Of a stretch of 64,000 nt of DNA, positions 51,601 to 64,000 are shown piece by piece. Source of the DNA: Mobula hypostoma (lineage: Eukaryota); assembly GCF_963921235.1 (NCBI RefSeq), contig NC_086097.1, positions 111,974,001 to 112,038,000 of the forward strand, written 5' to 3'. The notes beneath the pieces are model-generated. The model had not been told where the DNA came from, ran no database searches, and worked only from the letters and a program-made list of their open reading frames with translations. The position numbers and the translations under genes are program-made. Positions within the stretch are counted from its first letter, which is position 1. Every line of letters begins with the position of its first letter.

Positions 51601-51948
51601 TTTGTGAATAAAGATTGTCAAGAACACAGTATGTAGTCTTCCATATGTTGATAATGGTGAAGCTGAGGTTATAAATCAGCTGATCATTAAAATAAAATAC
51701 TGTCCAGAGTGCTTGGTGAGACAAATAATGCCCCCAAGTGTCTGATACTCTGTTTAGGAAAATGTAAAAACACCAGAAAAGTCATTTTTACATTTAAAGA
51801 CTCATTTTTTTCAAAAACAATATTACCTAGTTTCTGTTGAATTAATAATACTTTATTAACTGTTGAAATAATTAAGTGGAAATAAAACTGAAAAACACAT
51901 TTGCTTTCATCTATCACCTGTCAGCTTGTCCTCCTACCTCTTCTCCCA

Positions 51949-54614
51949 TATTAGCTGGGAGGATGCGGAATCGATATGGGTAGAGCTGCATAACACTAAA
52001 GGGCAGAAAACGCTGGTGGGAGTTGTATACAGGCCACCTAACAGTAGTAGTGAGGTTGGGGATGGTATTAAACAGGAAATTAGAAATGCGTGCAGTAAAG
52101 GAACAGCAGTTATAACAGGTGACTTCAATCTACATATAGATTGGGTGAACCAAATTGGTAAGGGTGCTGAGGAAGAGGATTTCTTGGAATGTACGTGGGA
52201 TGGTTTTTGAACCAACATGTCGAGGAACCAACTAGAGAGCAGGTTATTCTGGACTGGGTATTGAGCAATGAGGAAGGGTTAATTAGCAATCTTGTCGTGA
52301 GAGGCCCCTTGGGTAAGAGTGACCATAACATGGTGGAATTCTTTATTAAGATGGAGAGTGACATAGTTAATTCAGAAACAAAGGTTCTGAACTTAAAGAA
52401 GGGTAACTTTGAAGGTATGAGACGTGAATTAGCTAAGATAGACAGGCAAATGACACTTAAAGGGTTGACGGTGGATATGCAATGGCAGGAGTTTAAAGAT
52501 CGCATGGATGAACTACAACAATTGTTCATCCCAGTTTGGCAAAAGAATAAATCAAGGAAGGTAGTGCACCTGTGGCTGACAAGGGAAATTAGGGATTGTA
52601 TCAATTCCAAAGAAGAAGCATACAAATTAGCCAGAAAAAACGACACACCTGAGGACTGGGAGAAATTCAGAGTCCAGCAAAGGAGGACAAAGGGCTTAGT
52701 TAGGAAAGAGAAAAAAGATTATGAGAGAAAACTGGCAGGGAACATAAAAACTGACTGTAAAAGCTTTTATAGATATGTGAAAAGAAAAAGATTGGTTAAG
52801 ACAAATGTAGGTCCCCTACAGACAGAAACAGGTGAATTGAATATGGGGAGCAAGGACATGGTAGACCAATTGAATAACTACTTTAGTTCTGTCTTCACTA
52901 AGGAGGACATAAATAATCTTCCAGAAATAGTAGGGGACAGAGGGTCCAGTGAGATGGAGGAACTGAGGGAAATACATGTTAGTAGGGAAGTGGTGTTAGG
53001 TAAATTGAAGGGATTAAAGGCAGATAAATCCCCAGGGCCAGATGGTCTGCATCCCAGAGTGCTTAAGGAAGTAGCCCAAGAAATAGTGGATGCATTAGTG
53101 ATATATTTTTCAAAACTCTTTAGATTCTGGACTAGTTCCTGAGGATTGGAGGGTGGCTAATGTAACCCTACTTTTTAAAAAAGGAGGGAGAGAGAAACCG
53201 GGGAATTATAGACCGGTTAGCCTAACATCGGTGGTGGGGAAAATGCTAGAGTCAGTTATCAAAGATGTGATAACAGAACATTTGGAAAGCGGTGATATCA
53301 TCAGACAGAGTCAGCATGGATTTGTGAAAGGAAAATCATGTCTGACGAATCTCATAGAATTTTTTGAGGATGTAACTAGTAGAGTGGATAGGGGAGAACC
53401 AGTGGATGTGGTATATTTGGATTTTCAAAAAGCTTTTGACAAGGTCCCACACAGGAGATTAGTGTGCAAACTTAAAGCACATGGTATTGGGGGTAAGGTA
53501 TTGATGTGGATAGAGAATTGGTTGGCAGACAGGAAGCAAAGAGTGGGAATAAACGGGACCTTTTCAGAATGGCAGGCAGTGACTAGTGGGGTACCGCAAG
53601 GCTCAGTGCTGGGACCCCAGTTGTTTACAATATATATTAATGACTTGGATGAGGGAATTAAATGCAGCATCTCCAAGTTTGCGGATGACATGAAGCTGGG
53701 TGGCATTGTTAGCACTGAGGAGGATGCTAAGAGGATGCAGGGTGACTTGGATAGGTTAGGTGAGTGGGAAAATTCATGGCAGATGCAATTTAATGTGGAT
53801 AAATGTGAGGTTATCCACTTTGGTGGCAAAAATAGGAAAACAGATTATTATCTGAATGGTGGCCGATTAGGAAAAGGAGAGGTGCAATGAGACCTGGGTG
53901 TCATTGTACACCAGTCATTGAAAGTGGGCATGCAGGTACAAGCAGGTGGTGAAAAAGGCGAATGGTATGCTGGCATTCATAGCAAGAGGATTTGAGTACA
54001 GGAGCAGGGAGGTACTACTGCAGTTGTGCAAGGCCTTGGTGAGACCACACCTGGAGTATTGTGTGCAGTTTTGGTCCCCTAATCTGAGGAAAGACATCCT
54101 TGCCATAGAGGGAGTACAAAGAAGGTTCACCAGATTGATTCCTGGGATGGCAGGACTTTCATATGATGAAAGACTGGATGAACTAGGCTTGTACTCGTTG
54201 GAATTTAGAAGATTGACGGGGGGATCTTATTGAAATGTATAAAATCCTAAAGGGATTGGACAGGCTAGATGCAGGAAGATTGTTCCCAATGTTGGGAATT
54301 CCAGAACGAGGGGTCGCAGTTTGAGGATAAAGGGGAAGCCTTTTAGGACCAAGATTAGGAAAAACTTCTTCACACAGAGAGTGGTGAATCTGTGGAATTC
54401 TCTGCCACAGGAAACAGTTGAGGCCAGTTCATTGGCTATATTTAAGAGGGAGTTAGATATGGCCCTTGTGGCTAAAGGGATCAGGGGGTATGGAGGGAAG
54501 GCTGGTACAGGGTTCTGAGTTGGATGATCAGCCATGATCATACTGAATGGCAGTGCAGGCTCAAAGGGCTAAATGGCCCACTCCTGCACCTATTTTCAAT
54601 GTTTCTATGTTTCT
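51949..54614 (+). mobile_element. 5'-truncated CR1, same young subfamily as 2225-6448
   Basis: Near-identical ORF2 translation and tttctatgtttct tail; several frameshifts and a stop at 53888. Confidence 0.95.
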
Positions 54615-55052
54615 TATTATGGCTTTTTCCTTTCCCTTCCTAATGAAGGTCTCGGCCGTAAACATCGACTATTCCTCTCCATAGATGCTGCCTGTCCTTC
54701 TGAGCTTGTCTAGCATTTTGTCTGTGTAGATCTTGGTTTGGAACCTACCCCAAGGTGACACTCCACCTATTTACACTGCCACTCAATGATGCATTGCACC
54801 TAAATCTAAAAGATTTCGGAATTAGAAAAAAAAACTGGTAACTTCCTTACACTAATAGAAAGAAGGCAGAAGTTAGATGATCAACAGTTAACTTCAGATC
54901 TAGAGATGACACAATATATTGCACAAACCCCACTTAAGTCTCCAAGTTTCATTTCCTCTAAATGTGAAACCTTTCTCATCATCTAATTCGAAGTTCTCAA
55001 TTGTGTTCTTGCTACAAGAGTGGGTTGTTGCCTTGTGCTCTAATTAAAGATG

Positions 55053-57485
55053 ATAGAAATATAGAAACATAGAAAACCTACAGCACAATACAGGCCCTTT
55101 GGCCCACAAAGCTGTGCCGAACATGTCCTTACCTTGGAAATTACCTAGGGTTACCCATAACCCTCTATTTTTCTAAGCTCCATCTACCTATCCAGGAGTC
55201 TCTTAAAAGACCCTATCGTATCTGCCTCCACCACTGTTGCCAGCAGCCCATTCCATGCAGTCACCACTCTCTGCGTAAAAAAAACTTACCCCTGACATTT
55301 CCTGTGTACCTATTTCCAAGCACTTTAAAACTATGCCCTCTCATGCTAGCCATTTCAGCCCTGGGAAAAAGCCTCTAACTATCCACACGATCAATGCCTC
55401 TCATCATCTTTCAGGTCGCCTCTCATCCTCCATCGCTCCAAGGAGAAAAGGCTGAGTTCACTCAACCTATTCTCATAAGGCATGCTCCCCAATCCAGGCA
55501 ACATCCTTGTAAATCTCTTCTTTAGCCTTTCTATGGTTTCCAAATCCCTCCTGTAGTGAGGTGAACAGAGTTGAGCACATTACTCCAAGTGGGGTCTGAC
55601 CAAGGTCCTGTATAGCTGCAACATTACCTCTCTGCTCATAAACTCAATCCCACGATCGATGAAGGCCAATGCACTGTATGCCTTCTTAACCACAGAGTCA
55701 ACCTGTGCAGCAGCTTTGAGTGTCCTATGGTCTCGGACCCCAAGATCCCTCTGATCCTCCACACTGCCAAGAGTCTTACCATTAATACTATATTCTGCCA
55801 ACATATTTAACCTATCAAAATGAACCACCTCACACTTATCCGGGTTGAACTCCATCTGCCACTTCTCTGCCCAGTATTGCATCCTCCCTGTGTCCCGGTG
55901 TAACCTTTGCCAGCCCTCCACACTATCCACAACACCCCCAACCTTTTATGTCATCAGCAAATTTATTAAACCATCCCTCCACTTCCTCATCCAGGTCATT
56001 TATAAAAATCACGAAGAGTAAGGGTCCCAATACAGATCCCTGAGGCACACCACTGGTCACTGACCTCCATGAAGAATATGATCCATCTACAACCACTTTT
56101 TTCCTTCTATGGGCAAGCCAGTTCTGGATCCACAAAGCAATGTCCCCTTAAATCCCATTCCTCCTTACTTTCTCAATAAGCCTTGGATGGGGTACCTTAT
56201 CAAATGCCTTGCTGAAATCCATATGCACTACATATATGGCTCTACCTTCATCAATGTGTTTAGTCACATCCTCAAAAAATTCAGTCATGCTTGTAAGGCA
56301 CAACCTTCCTTTGACAAAGCTATGCTGACTATTCCTAATGATATTCCAAATGTTCATAGATCCTGTCTCTCAGGATCTTCTCCATCAACTTACCAACCAC
56401 TGAAGTAAGACTCACTAGTCTATAATTTCCTAGGCTATCTCTACTCCCTTTCTTGAATAAGGGAACAACATCTGGAACCTCTCCCGTCCCCATTAACGAT
56501 GCAAAGATCATCACCAGAGGCTCAGCAATCTCCTCCCTTGCCTTCCACAGTAGCCTGGATTACATTCCGTCCGGTCCTGGTGTCTTATCCAACTTGATGC
56601 TTTCTAAAAGCTCCAGCAAATCCTCTTCCTTAACATTTACATGCTCAAGCTTTTCAGTCATCCTTACAATCGCCAAGATTCTTTTCTGTAGTGAATACTG
56701 AAACAAAGTACTCATTCGGTACCTCTGCTATCTGCTCCGGTTCCATACACTCTTTTCCACTGTCACACCTGATTAGACCTATTCTCTCACGCGTCTTATC
56801 CTCTTGCTGCTCACACACTTGTAGAATGCCTTGGGCTTTTCCTTACTCCTGTCCGCCAAGGCCTTCTCATAGCCCCTTTTGGCTCTCCTAATTTCATTCT
56901 TAAACTCCTTCCTTCTAACCTGATAATCTTCTCGATCTCTGTCATTACTTAGTTTTTTGAACCTTTCGTAAGCTCTTCTTTTCTTCTTGACTAGATTTAC
57001 AACAGCCTTTGTACACCACAGTTCCTGTACCTTACCATCCTTTCCCTGTCTCATTGGAACGTACCTTTGCAGATCTCCACACAAATATCCCCTGAACATT
57101 TGCCACATTTCTTCCATATGTTTCCCAGAGAACATCTGTTTCCAATTTATGCTTCCAAGTTCCTGCCTGGTAGCCTCATATTTCCCCTTTCTCCAATTAA
57201 ATGTTTCCCTAACTTGCCTGACCTATCCCTCTCCAATGCTATGGTAAAGGAGATAGAATTGTGATCACTGTCTCCAAAATGCTCTCCCACTGAGAGATCT
57301 GACACCTGACCAGGTTCATTTCCCAATACCAGATCAAGTACAGCCTCTCCTCTTGTAGGCTTATCTACATATTGTGTCAAGAAACCTTCCTGAACTCACC
57401 TAACAAACTCCACCTCATCGAAATCCCTCGCTCTAGGAAGATGCCAATCGATATTTGGGAAATTAAAATCTCGCACCACAACATT
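55053..57485 (-). mobile_element. CR1 LINE, 5'-truncated, different subfamily
   Basis: atagaaac tail on +; [14 protein letters not shown] (55923-56135), APE C-terminus (57147-57380). Confidence 0.9.
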
Positions 57486-57912
57486 ATCTTCATCTGTTAT
57501 GTTACTATTGCTAATATGTTGGGCCTAGATATTTCTTATTGCTTCCAGAGTTGTCTTGAATATTTATTGGACATTAGGCCTCCTGCATTATTCCATTTAC
57601 ACAAATCAAGACCTTGCTTCGCTTGCTACGCTTAAAAGGAAGAACATTAAAGTCCAGTGAGGACATGGGGAGAGTGGCTGAAGACTTACGGAATTTAAGC
57701 AGATTTTTGGGCAAGATCAGTTACCATTAATCGGGACTGGTGCTTGTGGTCATAAAAGAGGCTTGTGACTAACTGCTCAGAGGTGGAATGGTGACCCATC
57801 CATTTGGTAGGAGCATTTGGAGGTGTTGAATTGATGGGAATTCCATTCTTGGGGTGGTGAAGTTCACAGAACTGTTGAAGGGCAGGGGAAGCAGCTTCAT
57901 TGTTATAACATA

Positions 57913-58355
57913 CAGTACTGTGCAAAAGGCTTTGGTGTATATCTGGCAGTTGGTAAATCTGGCGGGAGCAAAGGATGTTGGGAATGCTGAGGATGGAGTG
58001 CCATGGGAGGGGTGTGGGACAGGGGCCAGAGATGGAGTGCCACGGTGGGGGGTGGGGTGGTGATGGACACACCCAGGCCTGAGACATCAGGCAAGGTCAT
58101 TGAAATCCAAGCAATTGGTTTATTGATCATTACAGAATATCTCTCTAGTGTTTCCCTTTTTCCAACCATGATTCCCTCATTCCTACCCCCTTCCCACTCT
58201 CAATCCACAAGAGACCCAAATCAGAATCAAGTTTATCATCACTCGCATATGTCACGAAATATGTTTTTTTGTGGTGACAGCATTCCAGTGCAATACATAA
58301 AACTACTGTGGTACTGTACAAAAGTCTTATATATGTGCTAATTTTCTTCGTGTAA
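57913..58355. mobile_element. Second, more degraded copy of the composite Tc1-type MITE
   Basis: TA|CAGTACTGTGCAAAAG start, cargo colinear with 25215-25615, second gtactgtacaaaagtctta unit near 58311. Confidence 0.75.
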
Positions 58356-58357
58356 TA

Positions 58358-59188
58358 CAGGTCCACAATCCCTTATCTGAAATCCTTGGGGCCAGTTGCA
58401 TTTCGGAATTCAGAATTTTTCAGATTTCAGACCACACCCCCCCCCCCCGCCGATACCAAAAAACACGTATGCTGAAGTCTCTTATTTAACCTGACTCAGT
58501 GCGGTGGATTTTAGGATCTGGCGACGCACCAAACCTACACACATCCTCCCGCATACTTTAAATCATCTCTAGATTACTTATAATACCTGATACAATGTAA
58601 ATGCTATGTAAATAGTTGTTATACTGTATTGTTTAGGGAATAATGACAAGAATAAAAATTATTTCCAACAAAAACATAAAAATATGCAGCTTCAAACGAA
58701 CCGAATCAAACACAAGGTAAATGAGCTTTTGGAATAAATGTAGAATGTCACTGTCACTATAAAACCTCAGTAACTTGTCTTTCTGTTTATTTAAATCATA
58801 TACACTGGTAGTTCCAACACTATTTTCTTCCGTAAGATGCCGCACATACACACCATGATCAAGCTTCTGCAATAACTCCACTTCCTGCGTTGCTGATAAA
58901 AAAACAGATGTTTCCTTCTCTTTTTCTCATTGTTACCCCGAGGGGTATCTGCAGCTCTTTCTGACATTTTCACAGTGAAATTAAACACAAAGTCGACAGT
59001 GAGCACAAAATATCAGCGAACAGCAAATGCACGTGTAGCCAATACGAGTGCTGAGCCACAACTGACGTCTGGCGGCCTCTGCTAGTGCTGTCACGTCACA
59101 CCTGAGTGACGCCAGCTGTTCGTGAAAAAAACTTCGGTTTTCGGAGCTTTTTGGATTTCAGAATTTCGGGTAAAGGAATGTGCACCCG
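58358..59188 (-). mobile_element. Non-autonomous Tigger (pogo) element with N-terminal transposase remnant
   Basis: TA|CAGGTCCACAATCCCTTATC ... GGTAAAGGAATGTGCACCCG|TA; minus strand MSERAADTPRGNNEKKRRKHL / LLQKLDHGVYVRHLTEENSVGTTSVYDLNKQKDKLLRFY (HTH-psq, Tigger4-like). Confidence 0.85.
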
Positions 59189-60379
59189 TATCATGAAACA
59201 TTTGAGATTACTTGATACGGAAAGGCCTATAAGACCAGCAAGGGCCTAGCTGCATTTTTGAAAACAAGTGTTCCAGAATGCTAATTGGATATACATTGAC
59301 TGGAGAGGATAATGTCCAGCAATAAGTGAAAAATTTTAAATGATAGTCAGCAATGAGAGAACCATCATAGAACTCAATTGAGAAATGAGATTAATTTAAA
59401 GTAACTGATTCCATTAACTCTCCCAAAAATGCAATAGTCAACTAGTGAATCAAACCAAAGACTTGATCATCAATTCTCACGCATTTAACACAATTGGAAA
59501 ATTAAAACTCAGTCAACTGGTTTCACTGGGATCAGCAATGACTCAGCAAATCTGCACAGTTTTGTGAATAAAGCTAAGCCACTGCAGTCACTTTAAAACA
59601 CTTTTCATAACGCTGTTGATGTTGTAAAAACATAGCACATACTGATATTTATGTATTTATGCACATTTTATTCCATATCTGTACTTTAACCTCTAACTTT
59701 AGCTTTTATATGCATGAGAAATTCTGCAGATGCTGGAAATCCAAAGCAACACACACAAAATGTTGGATGAAATCAGCAGGCCAAGCAGCATCTATGGAAA
59801 TGAATAAACAGTTTACATTTCAGGCCAAGACACATCATCAGGACTGGAAAGGGAGGGAGAAAATGCCCGAATTAAAAGGTGGTGAAATTATATAATTCTT
59901 TATTTTTTATGATCTTCGAATGTTGTAATTAACATGTGGTCATGAAGCTATTTATTTCCAGTGCTTATTCTCCAAAGAGTATTTCACAAAGCTTTGATAT
60001 CTCACTGTCAGATCAAACCATTTCTCAGAGATGCTCAAGGCTGTAAAGAAGATTTGGGGTTCTAACATTTTTAACTGTCATTCATTCTTTGGGGCACCCC
60101 TCTGTTTTTGTAGATGTATGTGAAGAAAAAGAATTTCAGGATGTACATTGTATGCATTTCTCTGACATTAAATGCACCTATTGAAACCTATTGAGATAAC
60201 CATGGTAAATATGAAATCTTCACTTTACTGTGAATATTAGGCTTCAAGGATAAATGATCAAAGATTAACTTTGTTTGCCATATGCATTTACATGTATTAG
60301 GAATATACTGTTATGTGTTAGTGTTGTATATACACTCTATATCTATAAATTAAAAAATGTGTCTCTAACTGTAAGAGGT

Positions 60380-61315
60380 ATCTCTCACAGCCTCTCATGG
60401 TCCCAGAACACATCCTCCACAGTCAAGAAAGCTCACTGCCACCTCTGCTCTCTGAGGAGGCTGAAGACAGCTGGTCTATGCAGATCAATACTCGCAGCTT
60501 TCTACAGGTGTGTAGTTGAGAGCATCTTAACAAGCTGCACCACTGAATGGTATGGAAACTACACTGCTGCAGACAAGAGGGCTTTACAACGGGTAGTTAA
60601 AATGTTCCAAAGCATTGCTGGCACCATTCTATCCACCATCAAAGACATATGTACAGAAAAGTGCCAGAGTAAGGGCAGCAATATCATGAAGGACCCCACC
60701 TATTCTGCTTATGGATTGTTTGTCCCACTCCCTTCAGGGAAGAGGTACACAGAATCCATGCCAGGACCACTAGGCTCAAAAACTCTTACTTTCCCCAAGC
60801 TGTCAGGCTGATCAACACCTCCACCACCACTACATGCAGATCAGGCACTCCTCTCCACTGCCCCTCAGCACATGTTGGCCCCCGTGCACTGCCACTTTAC
60901 ACTTTTGCTCTACACCTCATACCTATACTGATACAGTCATTGTCCTACTGTGCTTTCATACACCCTGCTGTTACCCTGAAGAGTTTTCCTTGCCAAGAGT
61001 CACTGTCATTTTGTCATTTCCTGTCACAGTCACCTTACTGTATGTACAGATAGCATCACTTTGTATACATAGAACATGTGAATGTGTACATGTGAATATA
61101 AGCTAATCTAATGTATATACGATCACACTCAAACAGTTACTTGTACATTGTGTTTTATAGGAGTACTTTCATATTTATATTTATGGTGTTTTTTATTGTC
61201 CTTGATGCTTATTGTGTTTTCTTTAATGCTGCATCAGATCCGGAGTAACAATCATTTTGTTCTCCTCTACACCTGTGTACCGAAGATTGATGATACACAA
61301 TCCTGAACCTTGAAT
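60380..61315 (+). mobile_element. Rex1/Babar-like LINE 3' fragment
   Basis: ORF 60275-60811: LSWSQNTSSTVKKAH...LRRLK...FYRCVVESILTSCTTEWYGN...LPSGKRY; ttgaa(t/c)c-type tail. Confidence 0.75.
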
Positions 61316-62062
61316 CTCATACTTGAATTTCAATATGTAACTGAAGTTCCAATGCCATTGTAACGTCACCTTATGAGGTCATAAAGTGTGCAAAAATAGG
61401 ATATGAATTGAAATGTACCTCCAAAACATTTATTACAGTGTGTCAATGATGTAAGTAATTGCAATGAACCTGTATCACAGAACATTTTTATCTATTTGTA
61501 TGTAGAAGTGTTGGACTAATAGTAGGATGAGTTTGTTTCTCTCTGGCTGAAGGGTTTTGGCCTGAAACATCAACTACTTTTATCCATTGATGCAGCCTGG
61601 CCTGCTGAGTTCCTCCAGCATTTTGTGTGTGTCGATTTAATTCTACTTAAATTTAAGGTGATTGGAGGAAGTCATGGGGGGAATGTCAGAGTTAAGTTTA
61701 CACAGAGAGTGATGGGTGTCTGGAGCACCCTGCCAGGGGGTGGTGGTAGAGGCAAATACGTTAAGGATATTAAAGAAACTCTTAGATAGGTAAATGGAAG
61801 ATATAAAAATGGAGGGCTATGTAGGAGGGAAGAGTTAGATTGATCTTAGATTAGGCTGAAATTTGGCATAGCATTGTGGACTGAAGGCCCTGTACTATGC
61901 TATAATATGTCCTATGTTCTTAACAATACAGAATATTCTTTCAGTTGATTGCATATGATGGAGCAAGCTGTTCTTATTGCCTGTTCATGTGTTACACCAG
62001 ACTTTAGCACCTTGAAAGATATATAATTCCCTATCCTCAGGAATTGACCATACCACCTTTTC

Positions 62063-62450
62063 TCTCATCATCGTCATTATTATGTGCTGTGTCGTAGGAC
62101 GCGAGTGATCAGGGTCCATGACCATGATTGCTTTTGGCAAAGTTTTCTACAGAAGTGATTTGCCATTGCCTTCTTCTTGACAGAGCCTTTGCAAGATGGG
62201 TGACCCCAACATTATCAATGCTCTTCAGAAGCTGTCTGCCTGGTGTCAGTGGTCACGTAAGCAGGACTTGTGATATGCATCAACTGATCATGTGACCATC
62301 CACCACCTGCTCCCATGGCTTCATGTGACCCTGATCGGGGAGGCTAAGCAGGTGTGACACTTTTCCCCAAGGGTGACCTGCAGGCTAATGGAGGGAAGGA
62401 GTGTCTTGCACCTCCTTTGGTAAAGACTTATCTCCACTTTACCACCCAAC
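62063..62450 (-). mobile_element. SINE-like element with an RTE-type 3' end
   Basis: Reverse complement ends gacacagcacataataatgacgatgatga and contains the aggcaatggcaaa.cact motif of RTE-derived SINEs. Confidence 0.5.
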
Positions 62451-62682
62451 CCTTTCACCCATGCCCTGCTAATAACAAGAGCTAAGTATTATTTTTCAGC
62501 AGAGAACAGGACAGCCATAAAGTGGGTATTTCTGTAAGCAATGACAACCAAGTGTTAAAAACATCAGTAACACACAGCAATCGTTCTAGCTGGAGCCTAA
62601 GTAAGGGAAGATGGCACACATTGTAACAATTGTCAAATTACATTTGGTTCAGAGCTCATAAACATTGATTGCTTTTCTTATG

Positions 62683-64000
62683 CAGTCCTCATGCAGGATG
62701 ACCTAAAGATTAACTTGCAGGTTGAAACACTGGTGAGGAAGGTAACTGCAATGTTAGCATTCATTTCGAGAGGACTAGTAGAGTTACAAAATACACGTGG
62801 ACTAAGATGTTAACTGTCCTGTGCTATCACCAGTGGGATCATCAGTTGATCTGCCACCTGTCTTCAGGAGTTTCGGCCCGCTTATGATCAAGACTCCCTC
62901 GAGGTGGTGGGCCAGCAGTGCTAAAGCACCATCTCTCACTGGTGAGCTTAAAAACTTGGCATCTGCCTCTATCAGAGTTGTTGGTTGCTTCCATCCAACA
63001 GGTAGTCTACTCTTCAGGTGTCTATGCAACTACTGAAGGGTTTGCAAGATACGTATACACTGTCTGACTATCTGCCCCTCTGGACATACTTGATCCACAC
63101 CCATGCTGATCCTTTCTCTGCTGCCTCAGCTACAGCCCTGCTGGTTGACTTGATCTCTCTTCTAGCGAAGCCAAGCTCACGCAGCCACTTCTGGAAAGTG
63201 AACGCAATAAACCCACGGTAGCTTACTTCGAATGGATAGCATGAGACCTTCCACCATCTGTCTCTGCACTCTGATCTTAACTCTGCATACTTGGTTAACC
63301 TGCGCTCATGGGCTTCATCGATGTTGTCTTCCCAGGGGACTGTGAGTTCACCAATAACCACTTCTCTACTGGTGTCAGACCATACGATTATATCTGGACG
63401 CAATGTTGTGAAAGCTATTTGCTCTGGGAAACTGCCTTTCCCGTCCAGGTCAGCCTTGACACACCAATCATTGGCAAGTATATAAACACAAGGATGTGAT
63501 GGTGAGGCTGCACTTGGAGTATTGTGAGAAGTTTTGGGCCCCTTATCTAAGAAAGCATATGCTGGCAATGGACGGGGTCCAGAGGAGGTTCAGGAGAATG
63601 ATTCCAGGAATGGACGGATTAACGTAAGAGGAGCATTTGATGGCTCCGTGGATTAACTCGCTGGAGTTTAGAAGACTGGGAGGGTGGAGGAGGGTCTCAT
63701 TGGAACCTATTGAATGTTAAAAGGCCTAGATAGAATGGATGTTTCCTATAGTGGGGAAGTCTAGGACCAGAGAGCACTGCCTCGGAATAGGATGACATCC
63801 ATTTAGAATGGAGAAGAGGAGGAATTTCTTTAGTCAGAGGGTGATGAATCTGTGGAATTTGTTTCCACTGGCGGCTGTGGAGGCCAAGTTATTGGGTATA
63901 TTTAAAGTGGAGGTTGATAGGTTCTTGATTAATAAGGGTATTAAAGGTTACAGGGAGAAGGCAGAAGTATAGCTTTGATATGGATAATAGACATGATGGA
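62683..64000 (+). mobile_element. CR1 3' fragment interrupted at 62781-63476
   Basis: AMLAFISRGL resumes as YKHKDVM...LEYC after the insert. Confidence 0.8.
62781..63476 (-). mobile_element. 5'-truncated RLE-type non-LTR retrotransposon (HERO-like)
   Basis: TTLRPDIIVWSDTSREVVIGELTVPWEDNIDEAHERRLTKY...FEVSYRGF restriction-like endonuclease; possible 4-bp TSD AGTA (62777-62780, 63477-63480). Confidence 0.8.

Noticed and set aside
12500..64000. DCSTAMP, which neighbours DPYS in mammals
   Set aside because: No ORF or exon resembling DC-STAMP was found; it is outside the window or synteny differs.

Overview
Vertebrate genomic DNA, most likely a cartilaginous fish (ray/shark), inferred from its repeats (HE1-like V-SINEs, chondrichthyan-type CR1 and Penelope elements). 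The only host gene I can support is the 3' end of dihydropyrimidinase (DPYS): three + strand coding exons at 8763-8905, 9827-10034 and 12371-12418. Most of the rest is nested transposable elements: many CR1 LINEs (one nearly full length), a nearly intact IR/DR Tc1 transposon, a complete but decayed Gypsy (Mag-like) provirus, two solo LTRs, Penelope and Rex/Babar-like fragments, an RLE-type (HERO-like) LINE fragment, SINEs, MITEs and Tigger elements. Best leads: (1) an in-frame U_UUA_AAC -1 slippery heptamer directly before the ORF1 stop in three divergent CR1 copies, which in the best-preserved copy slips into the ORF2 frame; (2) minimal hammerhead ribozymes in Penelope termini; (3) a Tigger element with a block that looks near-identical to mammalian MER2 (from memory, unverified); (4) a composite MITE made of two mini-MITEs flanking cargo, present twice; (5) a bipartite non-autonomous retroelement; (6) an orphan CpG-rich segment headed by ETS+YY1 motifs. 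Family names come from recognition, not database searches, and boundaries of old repeats are approximate.
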